This document shows, one piece after another, positions 12,944 through 25,398 of a DNA stretch of 64,000 nt. The stretch is from Perkinsus olseni (lineage: Eukaryota): positions 1 through 64,000 of the forward strand of contig JABANN010000069.1 of NCBI GenBank assembly GCA_013115125.1. The letters run 5' to 3'. The notes below the pieces were generated by a model that saw only the letters and a program-made list of their open reading frames with translations, was not told where the DNA came from and did not search any database. A program made the position numbers and the translations under genes. Numbering within the stretch: the first letter of the stretch is position 1; the number at the start of each line of letters is the position of its first letter.

Positions 12944-14035
12944 CTACTCGGCAAACTTCACCTCGTCGCTGGGGCTCTGCGATGATGCCCGTCTGCGAAA
13001 CCGAACGAGAAGCAACACCGTAGTATTCAATAAGAATAGGACACTGATGACTGTCTTGATCCACCACGCTTGTAGCGACTCGTCAACGGTCCACACGGCC
13101 GACCAGCCCTTGAAGATCTCACCGGGCACCTCTTCAAGGCATCTTATAGCGGAGCGATGAGCGTGGCCTATATACGTCATCGTACGTGGTTTATTAGGCA
13201 AGAGAACCGTAGAGTTACCCGCCAAGTAGGTCCAAGAGAGCGGATAAACTGCCTTAGCTCGTACGCAGTGCTTAGGGTGATTCTCGAGGCACATGAGAGG
13301 GTCCTGACCAGGCGGGACCTCAGGACATGCGCACCTTCCTGGATGCTTCACCGTATGGGAAAACATCGAGAAGTTCGCTGTGCATCTGGCGCTGTTAGAA
13401 TTGAAACCGACTCTGAACTCGGCCAGGTCGCAAGCCCTGGCGTTCGCGATGTCACGAACTTCACCTTTGACGAAAGAAGATACGTCGAAGCCGCTGGGCA
13501 GTGCCGCTTGGAAGGCCATCAGGATGCTCTTCAACGTGCTGTTCACCGCCTGCAACTTTCGAAAGACTTCCTCACACTGTTCGCGATCGATCGCAGCCTC
13601 GGCGGAAGACACCCACAGTGCCAACTCGCCCTGATACTCCACCCAGCTGGATAAGGTTTGACCCGAAAGAAAAGGGTCAATCCCCAGGCCTCGCATCGCC
13701 TTCGTTGCGCCATCAATCAGCCCAGCAAGGCAACGACGATTATCCCCAGCGGTGGTCGCATTGACGACGGCTTCAGGGATGTAGTCGAGGGTGTCATCGT
13801 AGCTCATGCAGGTGGAATCGTCCTCGATGGTGACCGAGCTCGCAGGCCAGTCGCTTGCGTTGCGCGCGGCCATGACTAGATCGGTTGGACAGAACAAGAC
13901 TTTCTCGAGACTAACACGGTTGCTGAAGAAAGCCTCCTTCGATACTTGGATGGACTGGGAGACAGTTAGCGGCGACAAAGCGCACAGTATTAACAACGGT
14001 AGTAGGAGGTGGCCGCTGCATGGGGGGAAAACCAT
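12944..14035 (-). CDS. Single-exon type I membrane protein with a degenerate LicD/fukutin-like domain
   Basis: Met at 14035 opens a signal peptide (HLLLPLLILCALSP); PFLSGQTLSSWVEYQGELALWVSSAEAAI aligns with the LicD nucleotidyltransferase motif; C-terminal TM helix followed by RFRRR. Confidence 0.6.
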   Translation of the reverse strand: MVFPPCSGHLLLPLLILCALSPLTVSQSIQVSKEAFFSNRVSLEKVLFCPTDLVMAARNASDWPASSVTIEDDSTCMSYDDTLDYIPEAVVNATTAGDNRRCLAGLIDGATKAMRGLGIDPFLSGQTLSSWVEYQGELALWVSSAEAAIDREQCEEVFRKLQAVNSTLKSILMAFQAALPSGFDVSSFVKGEVRDIANARACDLAEFRVGFNSNSARCTANFSMFSHTVKHPGRCACPEVPPGQDPLMCLENHPKHCVRAKAVYPLSWTYLAGNSTVLLPNKPRTMTYIGHAHRSAIRCLEEVPGEIFKGWSAVWTVDESLQAWWIKTVISVLFLLNTTVLLLVRFRRRASSQSPSDEVKFAE

Positions 14036-14199
14036 CAGTAGAAAAATCTGCCGAAAGGAACGTCTCCGAGAAAGTAACCCAGTCTCGACGGTTGGCAGCG
14101 ATGAGACCCAACCCCTAGCTACCCAACCCACGCGACGAGGGAGGTCAAACGCAAGACTGGAAGAGCTTGAGAGGGGTACGAAATTCCCCTGATACAGAG

Positions 14200-14943
14200 G
14201 TTGGGAATGTGAGAAGCGAGTGGCTCTACTCTGACCTGCTCGACCTTCATCAGCGCCAGCGGCCAGGCAGTAGCCTGTGTATGCTACCAACATACAGGGA
14301 GCGAAGGGTTGGGCCGAGCTCGCGTCCGCCATTATCACAGCCATAAATTCGTCGCTGTACCTGTTTCTAGCACCTTGCTAGCTTTAGAATTCAACTATAT
14401 TGAACTACCGCGGCTTTTTCGTCATCTTTGGAACACACAAGCCCCCCTTGTGCGCTCATAGGTTCTGCGTGGTCGCTCATGTCGATTCTCCCGCGTAGGA
14501 TAGCTACTCGCAGACGGTCGAGACGTATTTTGCACACTGAGTAAATGCGCAAGAAAGCAAGATTGCCACTCGACGCCGTCGTTTCCCCGTTTTGGTTGGG
14601 GGGAAGCATCTTCGGGTTCAGTTGCTTGCCCTCTCGGGAGATGGGAGGTGTGTGGTTAGGCTGTCTAACCATGTCGAGAACCGCTCGCGCGGGCCGTATG
14701 AAGGGCGATAAGCTTTGAGTTTGTACTACCCGGCAATTGAGTTCGAACCTCTTCGTGTGGGGGTAGCAACAACAGCAGATCAGGCTAGCTTAACACCAAC
14801 GGAACTGTTACACCCGACCGAGTAGGTGGGAATAAATCGCCCAGGCTCAGCCTCTGGGATGACGCCATCTTGAACGGTCTAGCTGGGCTCCAGCGGGCTT
14901 CCTTACCGGAGGGAAGAGGGGTTATCAACGGTATCGTTCATAT
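14200..14943 (-). CDS. Hypothetical multi-exon protein
   Basis: Chain of short exons with gtaag/gtagt/gtatg donors; no domain recognised. Confidence 0.3.
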
Positions 14944-15088
14944 GGAGACCTAGGCTGTTAACTGATCAAACTATCGTCTAATATTTGTGCTACTTTCACG
15001 ACCACAACCGTGTTAGGCTAAGCACAGCTCCTTATCAGAACAAGATAGGACTAATAGCGGTATGAACTTCACTGGAGTGCCGACCATT

Positions 15089-16870
15089 GATGGACTTCAA
15101 TTCCCCTCTTGCTGTTGTCATTCAACACAGCGGTACGTCTTCCCTTATTTGTTATACTACTCCTTGAAGTCATCGCAGCCGCTACGGCTCTGCTGTCGAC
15201 TGTTGCCTCGGCCACAACCTGGGTTCGCACCGCGGGTCTCCCTCCTGGGCAGCGTGATGATGGCGAGGGCGTGGTAAGCCAAGGGTGATCACGGGTTGAC
15301 TCAGAACAATAAGATATCGTCCGATAGGAAAACCCAGCCAAATCTTGGCTGTTGCAGCTGGCCACGTCCGAGGGGTCGTTCAATAAACAAATTCGGAAAA
15401 TCGGAAAAGTTTCCGGAAAATCTTTCCAGCTTGAAAAAATGAACCCTGAATCGAATTCGAGTTTCAGAATTACTTCACTATGTCACTGAAGTGAAGTATA
15501 ACTTGCTATCTTGTCGTCCTTGATAGCACGCGTCGCCGTGTGACGCAGATATCAGTACCAAAGTATTCGTTATAGACAAGATTTCCCACCAACCAACCTA
15601 TTGTGTATGAGCAGTGACGACCAAACACCCGGGAACCAGTTACAACTAAGCGAGCGGAGAGCTCCGTGCGAACCGGTCCAATGGTGCTGTTGTTGCCTGA
15701 ATTTCCTTCGCGAGGTTCATTCAGGTCGTCGGCGTTAAACCCTCCACTTTGGGCTGTGAGGTTAACCTTCACAGTAACGGAGAAAGACGCATGAGATTTT
15801 TCTTCGACGCACTCCCCCCGGAAGCTGAAATCAGCTACTCTCGGTTCACCGACTTTACCACCAACATGGATTTTTCATTGTAAGTTTTGCGTATCTTAGG
15901 TTGATGCATGCCTTTCACGGATTAGAATCTTCGTACGTTCTCCTCAGCAATCGTTATTACTATGACGACTAGGGACGCGAACGAGAAGGTTTAGGGGTGA
16001 GGTGCGAGATAGAGTATTTGTCGGAGACCAGCAGACTTGGTATAAACTGGAGGACGCCTGCCTGCTGCCGTTGGGCCATCTCTCTCCGTCAACCATAGAA
16101 GTCATCAAGACCACTATGCCACCGACCTGGGCTGTGCCCAGTCAAGAAAGTTGCATTACTATGGCTTTGGCGATTTTGAACGACGCTCCTGAGGGTTATG
16201 AGGGTGAGGAGGAGGTTACCTCGCTTTCACAAAGAGAAGACGGCGATGATGCAATCGGCATTGGTCGGGCTGCGCTGAATAGGGGAAGGAGCGGGAGGGT
16301 ATTATCAAGCTGTTCATGTTGTATGGATGTTGATAACCTCTGGCGAGGAATGTGTCGAGTTGGGCGTGAATTTTGATGACCCCCTACCCGGAGGCCTCGT
16401 GAACCGTCGTGGAGGCTAGGGTGGGTTAAGAGGATCCCAAAGGTCGTGTGCTATGGAGTCCATTCTGCACGCTGCGTCCAACGAAAAGATTTGAATCTCT
16501 GGAGGCTCGTCGTTGAAGATGAATTTCGATAAACACGATCGAACTCGGGCGGATAGTGGTTGATACGGCTGACTCTGGTTAAGCTCAGTTCAGGGCTATC
16601 GAAAATCTCTAGGACTTGCAGTGGGAAGGTGTCAATATTTTTTTGAGGCGACCAGTGGTACGTCTTCGTAGGCTGGTGCATTCACTCAGCTTTGCCATGC
16701 ACATACGGTACATTACCGAAGTGATTCTCCTAGCTGTCGGCTCCCAAGCTGTCGTGGAGATCTCCTACGAGATGCTACAGACTGGGCCGACCGCTGCTGC
16801 TGCTGTCCTGCAGGCGGCCACCGGGCAAGGTAGTATGGGAAGTAGGCTGGCATGTCTTCTTGTACTTTGA
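15089..16870 (+). CDS. Hypothetical multi-exon protein
   Basis: Exon-like segments (e.g. FIQVVGVKPSTLGCEV.., QTWYKLEDACLLPLG..) with GT-AG introns; 3' end uncertain. Confidence 0.35.
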
Positions 16871-17921
16871 CTGAGGCCAACCAAAGATACCTTCTCCCAT
16901 AATTGCGCTATCTTTGAACCATCCAAGTCGTCGGTCGAACACTCATCGTTTTTGAGTGTCTGATGCAGTGCAGAACGAAGATAATTCTCACCTTATTTTG
17001 CGCTTGGAAGCTTTGATAGTCACTGATACAAGCGACGCCATAAGACGCTCTGCTGGCAGTTGCCCTCGTGCGTCGTGGCCTCTCCCTACTCCTCATCTCC
17101 GGGGTGTCTTGTAGGGCGTTTCTCCGCCGGAATCGACTGGATCTGACGTTCCTCAGGTTTAACAACGTATCCATTTCTAGTCGACGATTTGCCTTAGTAG
17201 AATTTCACCACGTTTATCCAGTCTTCGACCACGCAGCTCGGGTGGTCTCGTCGTTTGTAGCGATATCGTGGAACGCGCTTCGACATATCTAATGTCGAAC
17301 CTTGATTTGCACAGAATCAATAACCGTTTCATCAGGTATCTTCATGATCGACTCATTACCATCTTCCTTTAATGAAGCATACACTGTTCTGTCCGAGTCG
17401 CTGCCGCACTGCCGTGGTGGCCGAGAAGAGGTTTTGCCCGACGGCACAGTTCGGATTACTCTCGCTCAAAGTAGTGATGGTCATGTCGTTGCCGCTCGAT
17501 GTATGGAATAATTTCATGGCGCGTGAAGGAAGTATCGGGGTAGTGAAGCGGTTTGGTCGTCCTAGTCTAGCGTTGAGGGCTGTATCGTTGAGAGTCTCGG
17601 ACGTTCGGGGTGGTGTGGTACTAGGTGGTACTAGGTGTTGGTACGATCGATGCTCGTTGTTATCGGTGGGAACGGGTTACCGTCGCCGAGGCGAAACTCT
17701 CGACGGAAATTTTCCTTCCTGCAGTACAGTTAAAAAGCCAGCCTTTTCTGGTCGAAAGGCGCCGGGCGATTAAACAGTAAAATCTTCCACGCCGCTTCAA
17801 AACTCTGCCGCTGCTGCTGAGTCTTATCACGGGGCAGCTGGTCCAGATCGGGGCTGAATGAATAATTTATTTACGGCTCTCTACGGCAGGGCTTGCGCTC
17901 GCGTGAAGAATTGTGTATGAC

Positions 17922-20183
17922 ATGGAGATTATCAGGATAGTCGCCCAAGGTGTATTCTCATCAATCGCTCTTGTCGATCGCTAGTCTTGGTCCTTGTCGA
18001 AGCCCTCCGGTCAGGATCTGAGAATGCCAGTGCGGCCTTCCTTCACCAGCACGGCTGCCCAATGGCCACGGTAGAAGCAAGGCGTGATGTTCGCAGCACT
18101 CTGAACCGCATCGGTCGGGGTGTGGCGGGGATTCTGGATGAGGTTGGGCGAGGGTCGGTCAAGGAACCAAGACGTGACTGGGCCCCTTGACAGGTACTTG
18201 AAGTTGAGTACCCGATAGATCGGGCTAGTAGCATCGAAGACATCATCGAACTGGGCAGAGACAGCCATCTGGATCATCACCATATATATAGGACGTCTCT
18301 GAGGGACGATAGTGAAACTGATGTACTACGGGGAAAAGGCGGAATTTCGTGGCGCGCGGGAAATTCATTTGGCGGAGGGTGTTCAATAAACCAACTCTAG
18401 GACTCAGTAACGATCCTGAAGCTGATTTCATCCACATCGTGTCAGACTTTGATCGGTACCCGCGAACTGGGAGTCGACCGGGTAGTTGACTCAATGCCTA
18501 TCGAGAATCGCTACATTCTCTGGTGTTTCTCTCACATGTACCAAATTCCTGCTTTTTACGTGTAAAAGTTAATTCAAGAATCGAAATCTTGAATGAAAGA
18601 ATTAGTTCATTCAACTTGGGGTGAGCTCGGAACCCGTTCTTTTGAATTTCGTGGCGCGCGGGAAATTTTCTCGAGAGCAGTGAGTGAGCCAGGTGCCGCT
18701 TTGAATTTTATGGCGCGCGACATGACGATCGTCGTCCCGTTCAGGTGAACTCTACTTTATCTCTTCACATCGATCAAGGTGTATTCTTATTACTGGTCCT
18801 GCCGCCCGGTGACACCAACTTCCACTACTTGGACTCCGTCACTTCCGAGGAAGTCCTCAGCGGTGGAAAATCGATCGCTTTCAAAATGTCCTGTCTAGGT
18901 CCGCTTGGAAGTACCGGATGATGGCAGGACGCGCGTGGTGGTTTTCTTCGGCAGAACTCTGAGGGAGTTTACGAGTAGGTTGGGCGAGCACTCCGGCTGT
19001 GATGTTGTGAAGGAGCCAGGTACAGTTCCGGCCGTACGACCGTTGCCACATTTTGTGAGAATATCTCCCAGCCCCCTGGCCACTCGAGTGGTTATCGGCC
19101 GCATGTTTCTGCTTCCACCGGAAGCGATGAGCTACAGGTCGTCACCGCCGATGACGTATCGGGAGTGGAATCGGAGGGCGGTGGCTTTGAGGTCGTCTGA
19201 TGGTGGTGAGGTGGTTGAGGCGAAGAGAAGGCTGGGTAGGGAGGGTGGGGTGTGGAGATCTTCGGCAACGTTATATTCAGAAAAATTTCTGAATTTTCTG
19301 AGGTTTTCCGGGAAAATTTACTTTTTAGGAATTTTACGGGACGAAAGTTTAACAGTGGCTCGAAGGGAATCTTTTTGACCTGGAGTTTACCGTGGAGGTC
19401 GACATAGCTAAAGATACTCTTGACCGTTTCAACAACACTCAAGATTCGCCATGCTTCTTTTCAGAGGCGGCCTGCAAGGATGGCGAGATCTACTGTTGGA
19501 TGCAGTGCATGGCGGCCGACTGCGCCGTCGGTCTTCACCCCACCTGCTACGACCCGGCCAAGCAGGAGTCCTGCGACCCCAACGCCATGAACCATCAGTG
19601 TGGGGTGGAGTGCCGAGCGGAGCAAGCTAGCACACCCACGGTCGATCCTGGGGCCTTCTGCACTGGCTCGACGGTTATGTTCATGTCCGGTTTCACTTGG
19701 TCTGGCAGCGCTAAGAATCCCTGCGTGATACTGTTCACGCCCTCTTGGGTTCTCGACACGCCAGGCAAGTTCGCTATGGGGTGCATAGGAGTGCTTTTAC
19801 TGGGTATGCTGGTTGAAGGACTTCTCGCAGCCCGACGACGCTTCCTTGGCTACGTCCGGAGACCCCTTATAAAAAGCCTTGTAGGGTCCCTGGCCTTTGG
19901 CGTCAGCGTCTCTATTGCGTACCTGGCGATGCTGGTTGTGATGACGTATAGCTGTGAACTTTTCATCTGCCTTTGCGTCGGCCTGGCAATTGGTCACTTC
20001 CTTTTTGGTAATGTGAAACAGGAGATCGGTGAAGCTGCTGAACCGTGCTGTGGTGACACTACTGTTGTACGCCAACAGCAGACTTCGACAGGTTTGACCG
20101 CGCGCCACAAAAATATTGATGACGGCATGGACTCCCTGAGTGAGAGCCCGGTAGTTGGCACTCCGAGCGGACGGCAGGCGTAG
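17922..20183 (+). CDS. Fusion: signal peptide + 2OG/Fe(II)-oxygenase-like domain + Cys-rich module + Ctr copper transporter
   Basis: Hand-spliced in frame: MEIIRIVAQVLVLVEALRS..HLDHHHIY..LSLHIDQGVFLLL..VVFFG..PLPHFV..RVVIGRM..RRL|EAACKDGEIYCWMQC..MFMSGF..ILF..W..AYLAMLVVMTYS..GLAIGHFLF; Ctr MxxxM and GxxxG motifs present. Confidence 0.8.
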
Positions 20184-20509
20184 ATTTTTTATATATCAAT
20201 TTCGTTACTCGAGCCGGCGGGTTGACCGGGACTCGACGTTTGTAGTGGTCGTCGTTATTAGGTAGATGATTCTTGCCGTTTACTTTGTAGGGGCTGTCGC
20301 TGCTGCAGCTGCGGTTGGCATATTGGCTCCTTTGGTGATATCAATTGGGACCGTCCTGAAGGCTCACTGCTCTCCGACGGTCCGGTAGGAGATCTTTTAT
20401 GCGGTTGATTATTTCGAGCATTGCTATCGTGTTGGGTTATGGTAGTTCAGGGTGGGATTCAGTGGAAGCTTCGCTCCGCTAGAAAACTGAGTCATCTTTC
20501 TCCCTTTTT

Positions 20510-21507
20510 ATGGGACGTCTTGTGGGAGCCTTGGAAAACTACGGGTTGACACCCCAGGACGCAGCGGGAGTCGCCGGAACCTTTATCGTCGTAAAGTACG
20601 CGACCTTGGCGGCCTTCGTCCCCATCTGTCACTACGCCCAGCCGGTTCGGCGGTTATTCTGGCATCCCTCCCGAGAGCTCGCAGGGAGAGTGTTGGAGCA
20701 GTACAAAGTACGTAATAGAATTCGAGGAGGAGGGGTGTTCAATAGAAGTCTCGGGTCTTCCAATGGTGCCCCCTTGGATGTCTCTTCGTCGGGTCTGGTA
20801 CCACCGTCAGCTCGATTGAAGTTGGCAGCAACGCGAGCTCGGCAGAGGGCGTGGATGGATCGCCAGAGGGAGATGGTGGCGCTGCGCAAGGCGGGCTGGC
20901 AGGGGCGGTTCCGAGGTTTCAAGGAGAAGCAGTCGACCTCGAGTTGGGGGAGGAAACTGTTTGAGTAGGGAAGGCGACGGCGGAACGAAGCGATTCTGGC
21001 TGCGATTGGAGACTGCGTTGCAAAAACGGAATATCGATTTCTTTTCTGAAATTTTTGAAATTTTCTTATGAAATGTTCGTAATCTTTCTGTTATGAAACT
21101 TAGTATGATTTTGTGACTCTGCTGCACCAACTTTGTTTCGCTGGCCCTCACTCAGTTTCACGGGAAATCTTCACTACGCCCTGCTCACTCTCAGGTGGAG
21201 TGACAAATTTGCCGATCGTGCAGCTCGGGCTTGGCTGTGGCGGAGCGTAGCTAGCGTTTTCCGGATACCCCCTAAGGTCCTTGCCTGGGACGTCGCGGAG
21301 GCCTTTCTCACCTACAAGCTCACCTTCATCTTCCACGCCCCCTTGGAGCTGTACATCATCGTCAAGTGGTTCAAAGCACGGCGAGCCAACTTGGATGAAT
21401 TCATGGAAGAGTCGCCGAAGCTGCTCGAGATGGTGGAGGATGAGGAGCCGCTGGGAAGCGCTGCGTCGGCTGGGTCTCGATGGTGGCCTCTGCGGACGGC
21501 TGGGTAG
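20510..21507 (+). CDS. Hypothetical membrane protein (2 exons)
   Basis: ORFs 20510-20968 and 21133-21507 join through an AT-rich intron; hydrophobic segments present. Confidence 0.6.
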
Positions 21508-22129
21508 GGGTACTGGTGTGCTCGACTGTGTACTGTTGTCCGGCGTGAGATTTTCTGAGGAGGAATGACGTGTTGTGAGTGGATCAATAGGGAGAGGGTG
21601 GAGGGGAAGGTTACTCTTCGAAGATACGGCAAAAAAGATTCCCTCTCACCCGATCCGCTTCGCCATCGGTGAGCGAGAGGCGCGCCTAGGGTGATGTCGA
21701 GAGGGCCGCTGCTTTTGATGATGGCCGTTGCAGATAGGCTCTCGTAGCGGAGCTACCCACTGTTGCCAAGTCGGAGAAGTCCTGGTTTCTGTAACGCAAC
21801 ATCAGTGTTGCCTTTCCCCGTCACACCAGTACGCCTGGAGGGCTTCTGGTCGACCGCCTGAATCGGCCGACCCGTGAGTCACTGGCCGTGATATTGTTTT
21901 CTACATTCCGGGCGATGTGTGGCGAAAAGGAGCAGCGCTTTAGACGAGCTCGAAACCGTTCGACGGCGCTTCGTCCACCAGTCGGAAGAATTCTCACTGG
22001 TGGAATTGCTTGCATTCCGTACAAGGCTAGCATCGACCTCGGATACTCTCACCCGCAATTACTAGTCCGAAACAGGAAGTCTTAAGCGTCCTACAGCTCC
22101 TCTCTTCGGGCGGTTTCCCCCTTCTCTCC

Positions 22130-25100
22130 ATGCCCAGTCAAAGACGCTTCATCATCGCTCTCGCGGTGGCGTTGTTGGCTATGATGGTATCATTACTAAT
22201 GTAACCTGGTAACCGTAGCATTGCCAGTGTATTACCGAATCCTTCGTCGTCAGGTTCGTAGCGGACGTGACGTGGAAGCCTCGACTTTTCTATCACCCGC
22301 CACTCTGTGATCGCCGCCCGAGTAGCGAAGACAGCGGCGCCCCTCTACGACTGGAATGCTTCTTTTCTGAGAAGTGATGGTCAATCGACCTTTACTTGTT
22401 CATGGAGTTGATAGTATCTTAGTGAAATCGTGATATCTCCTTTTATTGTTATTGAAGCGTTGTAAACTGTGACGTATCTTGTTGATGACAGGTCGACTTT
22501 GATGACACGTCTATTGCCAGGCAGAAGAAGCGACGGTTGTTTTCTTATGAACTTCCGTCGCGATTGTTCATGCCTCGCTAGTAGCCGTGCGTAAGTGACT
22601 TGTGAATTACGGTGTGTGAAGAGTTTTGCCACTGTGCGTCGCCCCTGCGAGTCTTAACGTACTGCCGTAGCACCGAATTTAATGCCTGGCCTTTGGGACG
22701 GCCGTACCGCAAAAATTGCAGTTTTTCCATCTCTACATAAAAGCCCGACGCTGTTATCGACCGCCCTTCTGTCTCGTCATCATCCGACTAGTACCTTCCC
22801 CCGCAACTTTCTCATCGGTCTCCCTCAGTTACTACGAAGCTCGAGCGCAATTCCGGAGGCTAGCCAGCGAGGCAGGTCTCGAGTTGAGCTCATTCGAAGT
22901 GGTGCCTTCTAGTGGGTATGGTGATGAGTACACCATGGACGTGGCCATCCTGCGGCCGACGGAAGGGCTCACCAGCGGGAGTGTCGTCCACACGTCGGGC
23001 GTGCACGGCGTCGAGGGGTATGCTGGCTCTGGTATCCAGTGTTACATACTGGACCAGATCAGACGGGCTAGGGAGGAGGGACGTCTTGCAGGAATAGGGA
23101 AAACTTTGGTAAGGCAGTGCATTTTTTTGGTTTTTATTTGCATTTTTTGCCAGGTTTTTGTCCATGCCGTGAATCCCTACGGCATGGTCCACTACCGAAG
23201 ATTTAATGAAGAGAATGTCGATCTGAACAGGAACGCGCTAGAGCCGCATGAGTTTGATTTTCTTGTTAACGAACGGGACCCGAATGTTGCCGGGTATGCT
23301 GCCCCTCGTGAAAGTCGATAATTTCATGTTCCACAGATACGTCGATTTGGACGCCATTTTGAACCCTCGAGAGATGACCATACCCTCGCTTCTCTATAAC
23401 GCGGTTATTCTACTGGCCAGGTGAGTCGGTGGAGTGGCCACGAGGAAGTCTTTTTCATGCTGAGTTTACAAGGCTTGTTCGATGATGAGCGTAGAAAGCG
23501 TGGTGAAGTCACTGTGAAGTGTTGGTGAAGGAACGGTATGAACGACAAAATTATTCACGTAATTGAAGACCCATTGTTACGGAAATATTAGTACTTCGCA
23601 AACGGGTTCTCTGGGTCAGCAGTGGCGGAGGAGAGTCGAGGGGACTGGATACGCTGGAGATAAATCATAACAGCTGCGCTCTAGAAACTCGTCGTGAATA
23701 TCGTTTGCATGGCAGAGCTTCTGGAGTCCTTGATCTCTCACAGGGTAAACTCTCACAGGTACGGCATCAGTCGCGTTAAACGGGCTGTAGTTGGCGCCCA
23801 GTACTGGAAACCTTCTGGACTGTTCTTTGGTGGCCACAAACTGCAACGCTCACACCAGATTTTGACACAAGTAGAGCCGGCCGCCCAGCCTGTTGGGTGT
23901 ACTGCGTCACAGCAGGTCTTCGCGGATCTGAAGATATTCGAGGGAAATTCGACAATAATCGACATCCACACTGGGCTGGGTCCGAGCGGAGTGGATACAC
24001 TCATCACCAGCGACTCTGATGCTGTGAGTTTCGAGGAGGCCTTCGACCAGCAATCAGCGTCCTTGCTTTAGTTCGACTTTTTCTCGGCCCTGGTGAAGTC
24101 GCGAAGTCCCTCGGATGCCCCTCCCGTAGAATGCGTGGGTGCTGACTGCTCGGCAGCGGTCGGAGGGCGCGACCAGCCAGGGTTCGGAGCGGATGTTGTT
24201 CGTGGATACGACATCGTTCGGGGAGATGCTAGCAGCTTTTGGACTCGCAAAAGGCAAGCTTCGACCTCGGATGCGTTTCTTGGTATCTTTCTTCCCGCGC
24301 GAACGAGACCTTGTTTCAGTACCAACGGCACTCGAGTGAGCTGCGTCTCGCAAGAGTTTGGAACGCATAGCACCATTCTGGCCCTGCCCATTATGATCAT
24401 GGAAAATATGGCGTAGGTTGGCGTGAGGGGGGGCTCTTAGGATGCCGATTGAGCAGTTCATGGGGGCGGCGGTGTGACTGAGTTTAAAGTCCAATCTCGG
24501 AGCCCGCTCGGTTGGACTTTCACTCGGTTCTTGTGGACTTTTTTCCAGCAGTGGCGGTGTAGTTGTGGAGAAGTCCCAGCTGATGAGTGTTACGCACATT
24601 ACCTGATCTGTCTGATTGCACTGCATGCCAACCCTACAGAGTGTCTCCAACTGTGCACATCGGCAAGAGCCACTAAGCCGGAACCGTAGGCGTTGGACTA
24701 TTATTTCACAGGCACGCAAATTGCTGCCCATCAGTGTTCTCACCTCACTTTGATACTCCTCTGTAGTATCCCCGTGTTTTCCGATGTAACGTCAATCTAT
24801 GTATGGTCAATCTTACGAAAGGGATCTAAAAACTGATGTAACTGGCGAGACAGACTGTGGCTGAGGAAAGTTCGATCCGAGGGAAGGCTGAGCTGCTTGG
24901 TTGGGTTGGAGCGTTGGCTGTGGCCATTCCCTCGTGTAGGTTCCACTACTCACCTGACGACCACTCGAGGTGGGCTGGGTATAATCGAGATTTTTTTTAT
25001 GTAAGGACTGCTGAATGGAAGCATAGTCTTATCGATAGGTAAGAGGGCGTGGCTTGAGTGAAGCAGCTTGCTGCTTCTTTCGGCTTCCTTCGACTTTACT

Positions 25101-25398
25101 TGGTTTGATATGTTGAACGCAGAACATGTCACGTTTGCAGCAGTTCGGGTTTAGAAAGATAATACTGAACTATCTCGGACTATCCAAGCACTGTCATCAG
25201 CATCTCGGAATTGGCGATGGTCGTCTTTTGATTCTCGATCGCGCTCATCTTGAAGCATCTTTGTCTCTGACGTAAGCGTTAGGTGTTATGTGCATGTGAG
25301 TTTGAAGTCCAACGCCGACACTACCGTTGTGTTTGTTATGCATCTTCTTCCTCAGAGGTTCCCGTCTTTTCTGGGAGGCTGTCGAAGATACCACATGA
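22130..25398 (+). CDS. DUF2817 family (M14 zinc-carboxypeptidase-like) protein with N-terminal signal/anchor
   Basis: FFSENYYEARAQF, SGVHGVEGYAGSGIQ, HAVNPYG..RRFNEENVDLNRN, GAQYWKPSGLFFGG, IDIHTGLG, QEFGT; last exon RGSRLFWEAVEDTT*. Confidence 0.85.
24634..24710 (-). repeat. Dispersed ~77-bp intronic repeat, copy 1
   Basis: Reverse complement matches 31651-31729 (identical core ATAGTCCAACGCCTACGGTTC). Confidence 0.85.

Noticed and set aside
14036-14344. N-terminal 103 aa of the 466-aa ORF
   Set aside because: The signal peptide begins at Met 14035; the upstream stretch appears to belong to the neighbouring gene or intergenic DNA
24682-24702. ACCGTAG..TTGG resembling a Perkinsus/dinoflagellate spliced-leader relic
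   Set aside because: Only a short partial match; no full SL sequence or SL-RNA gene was seen in the window
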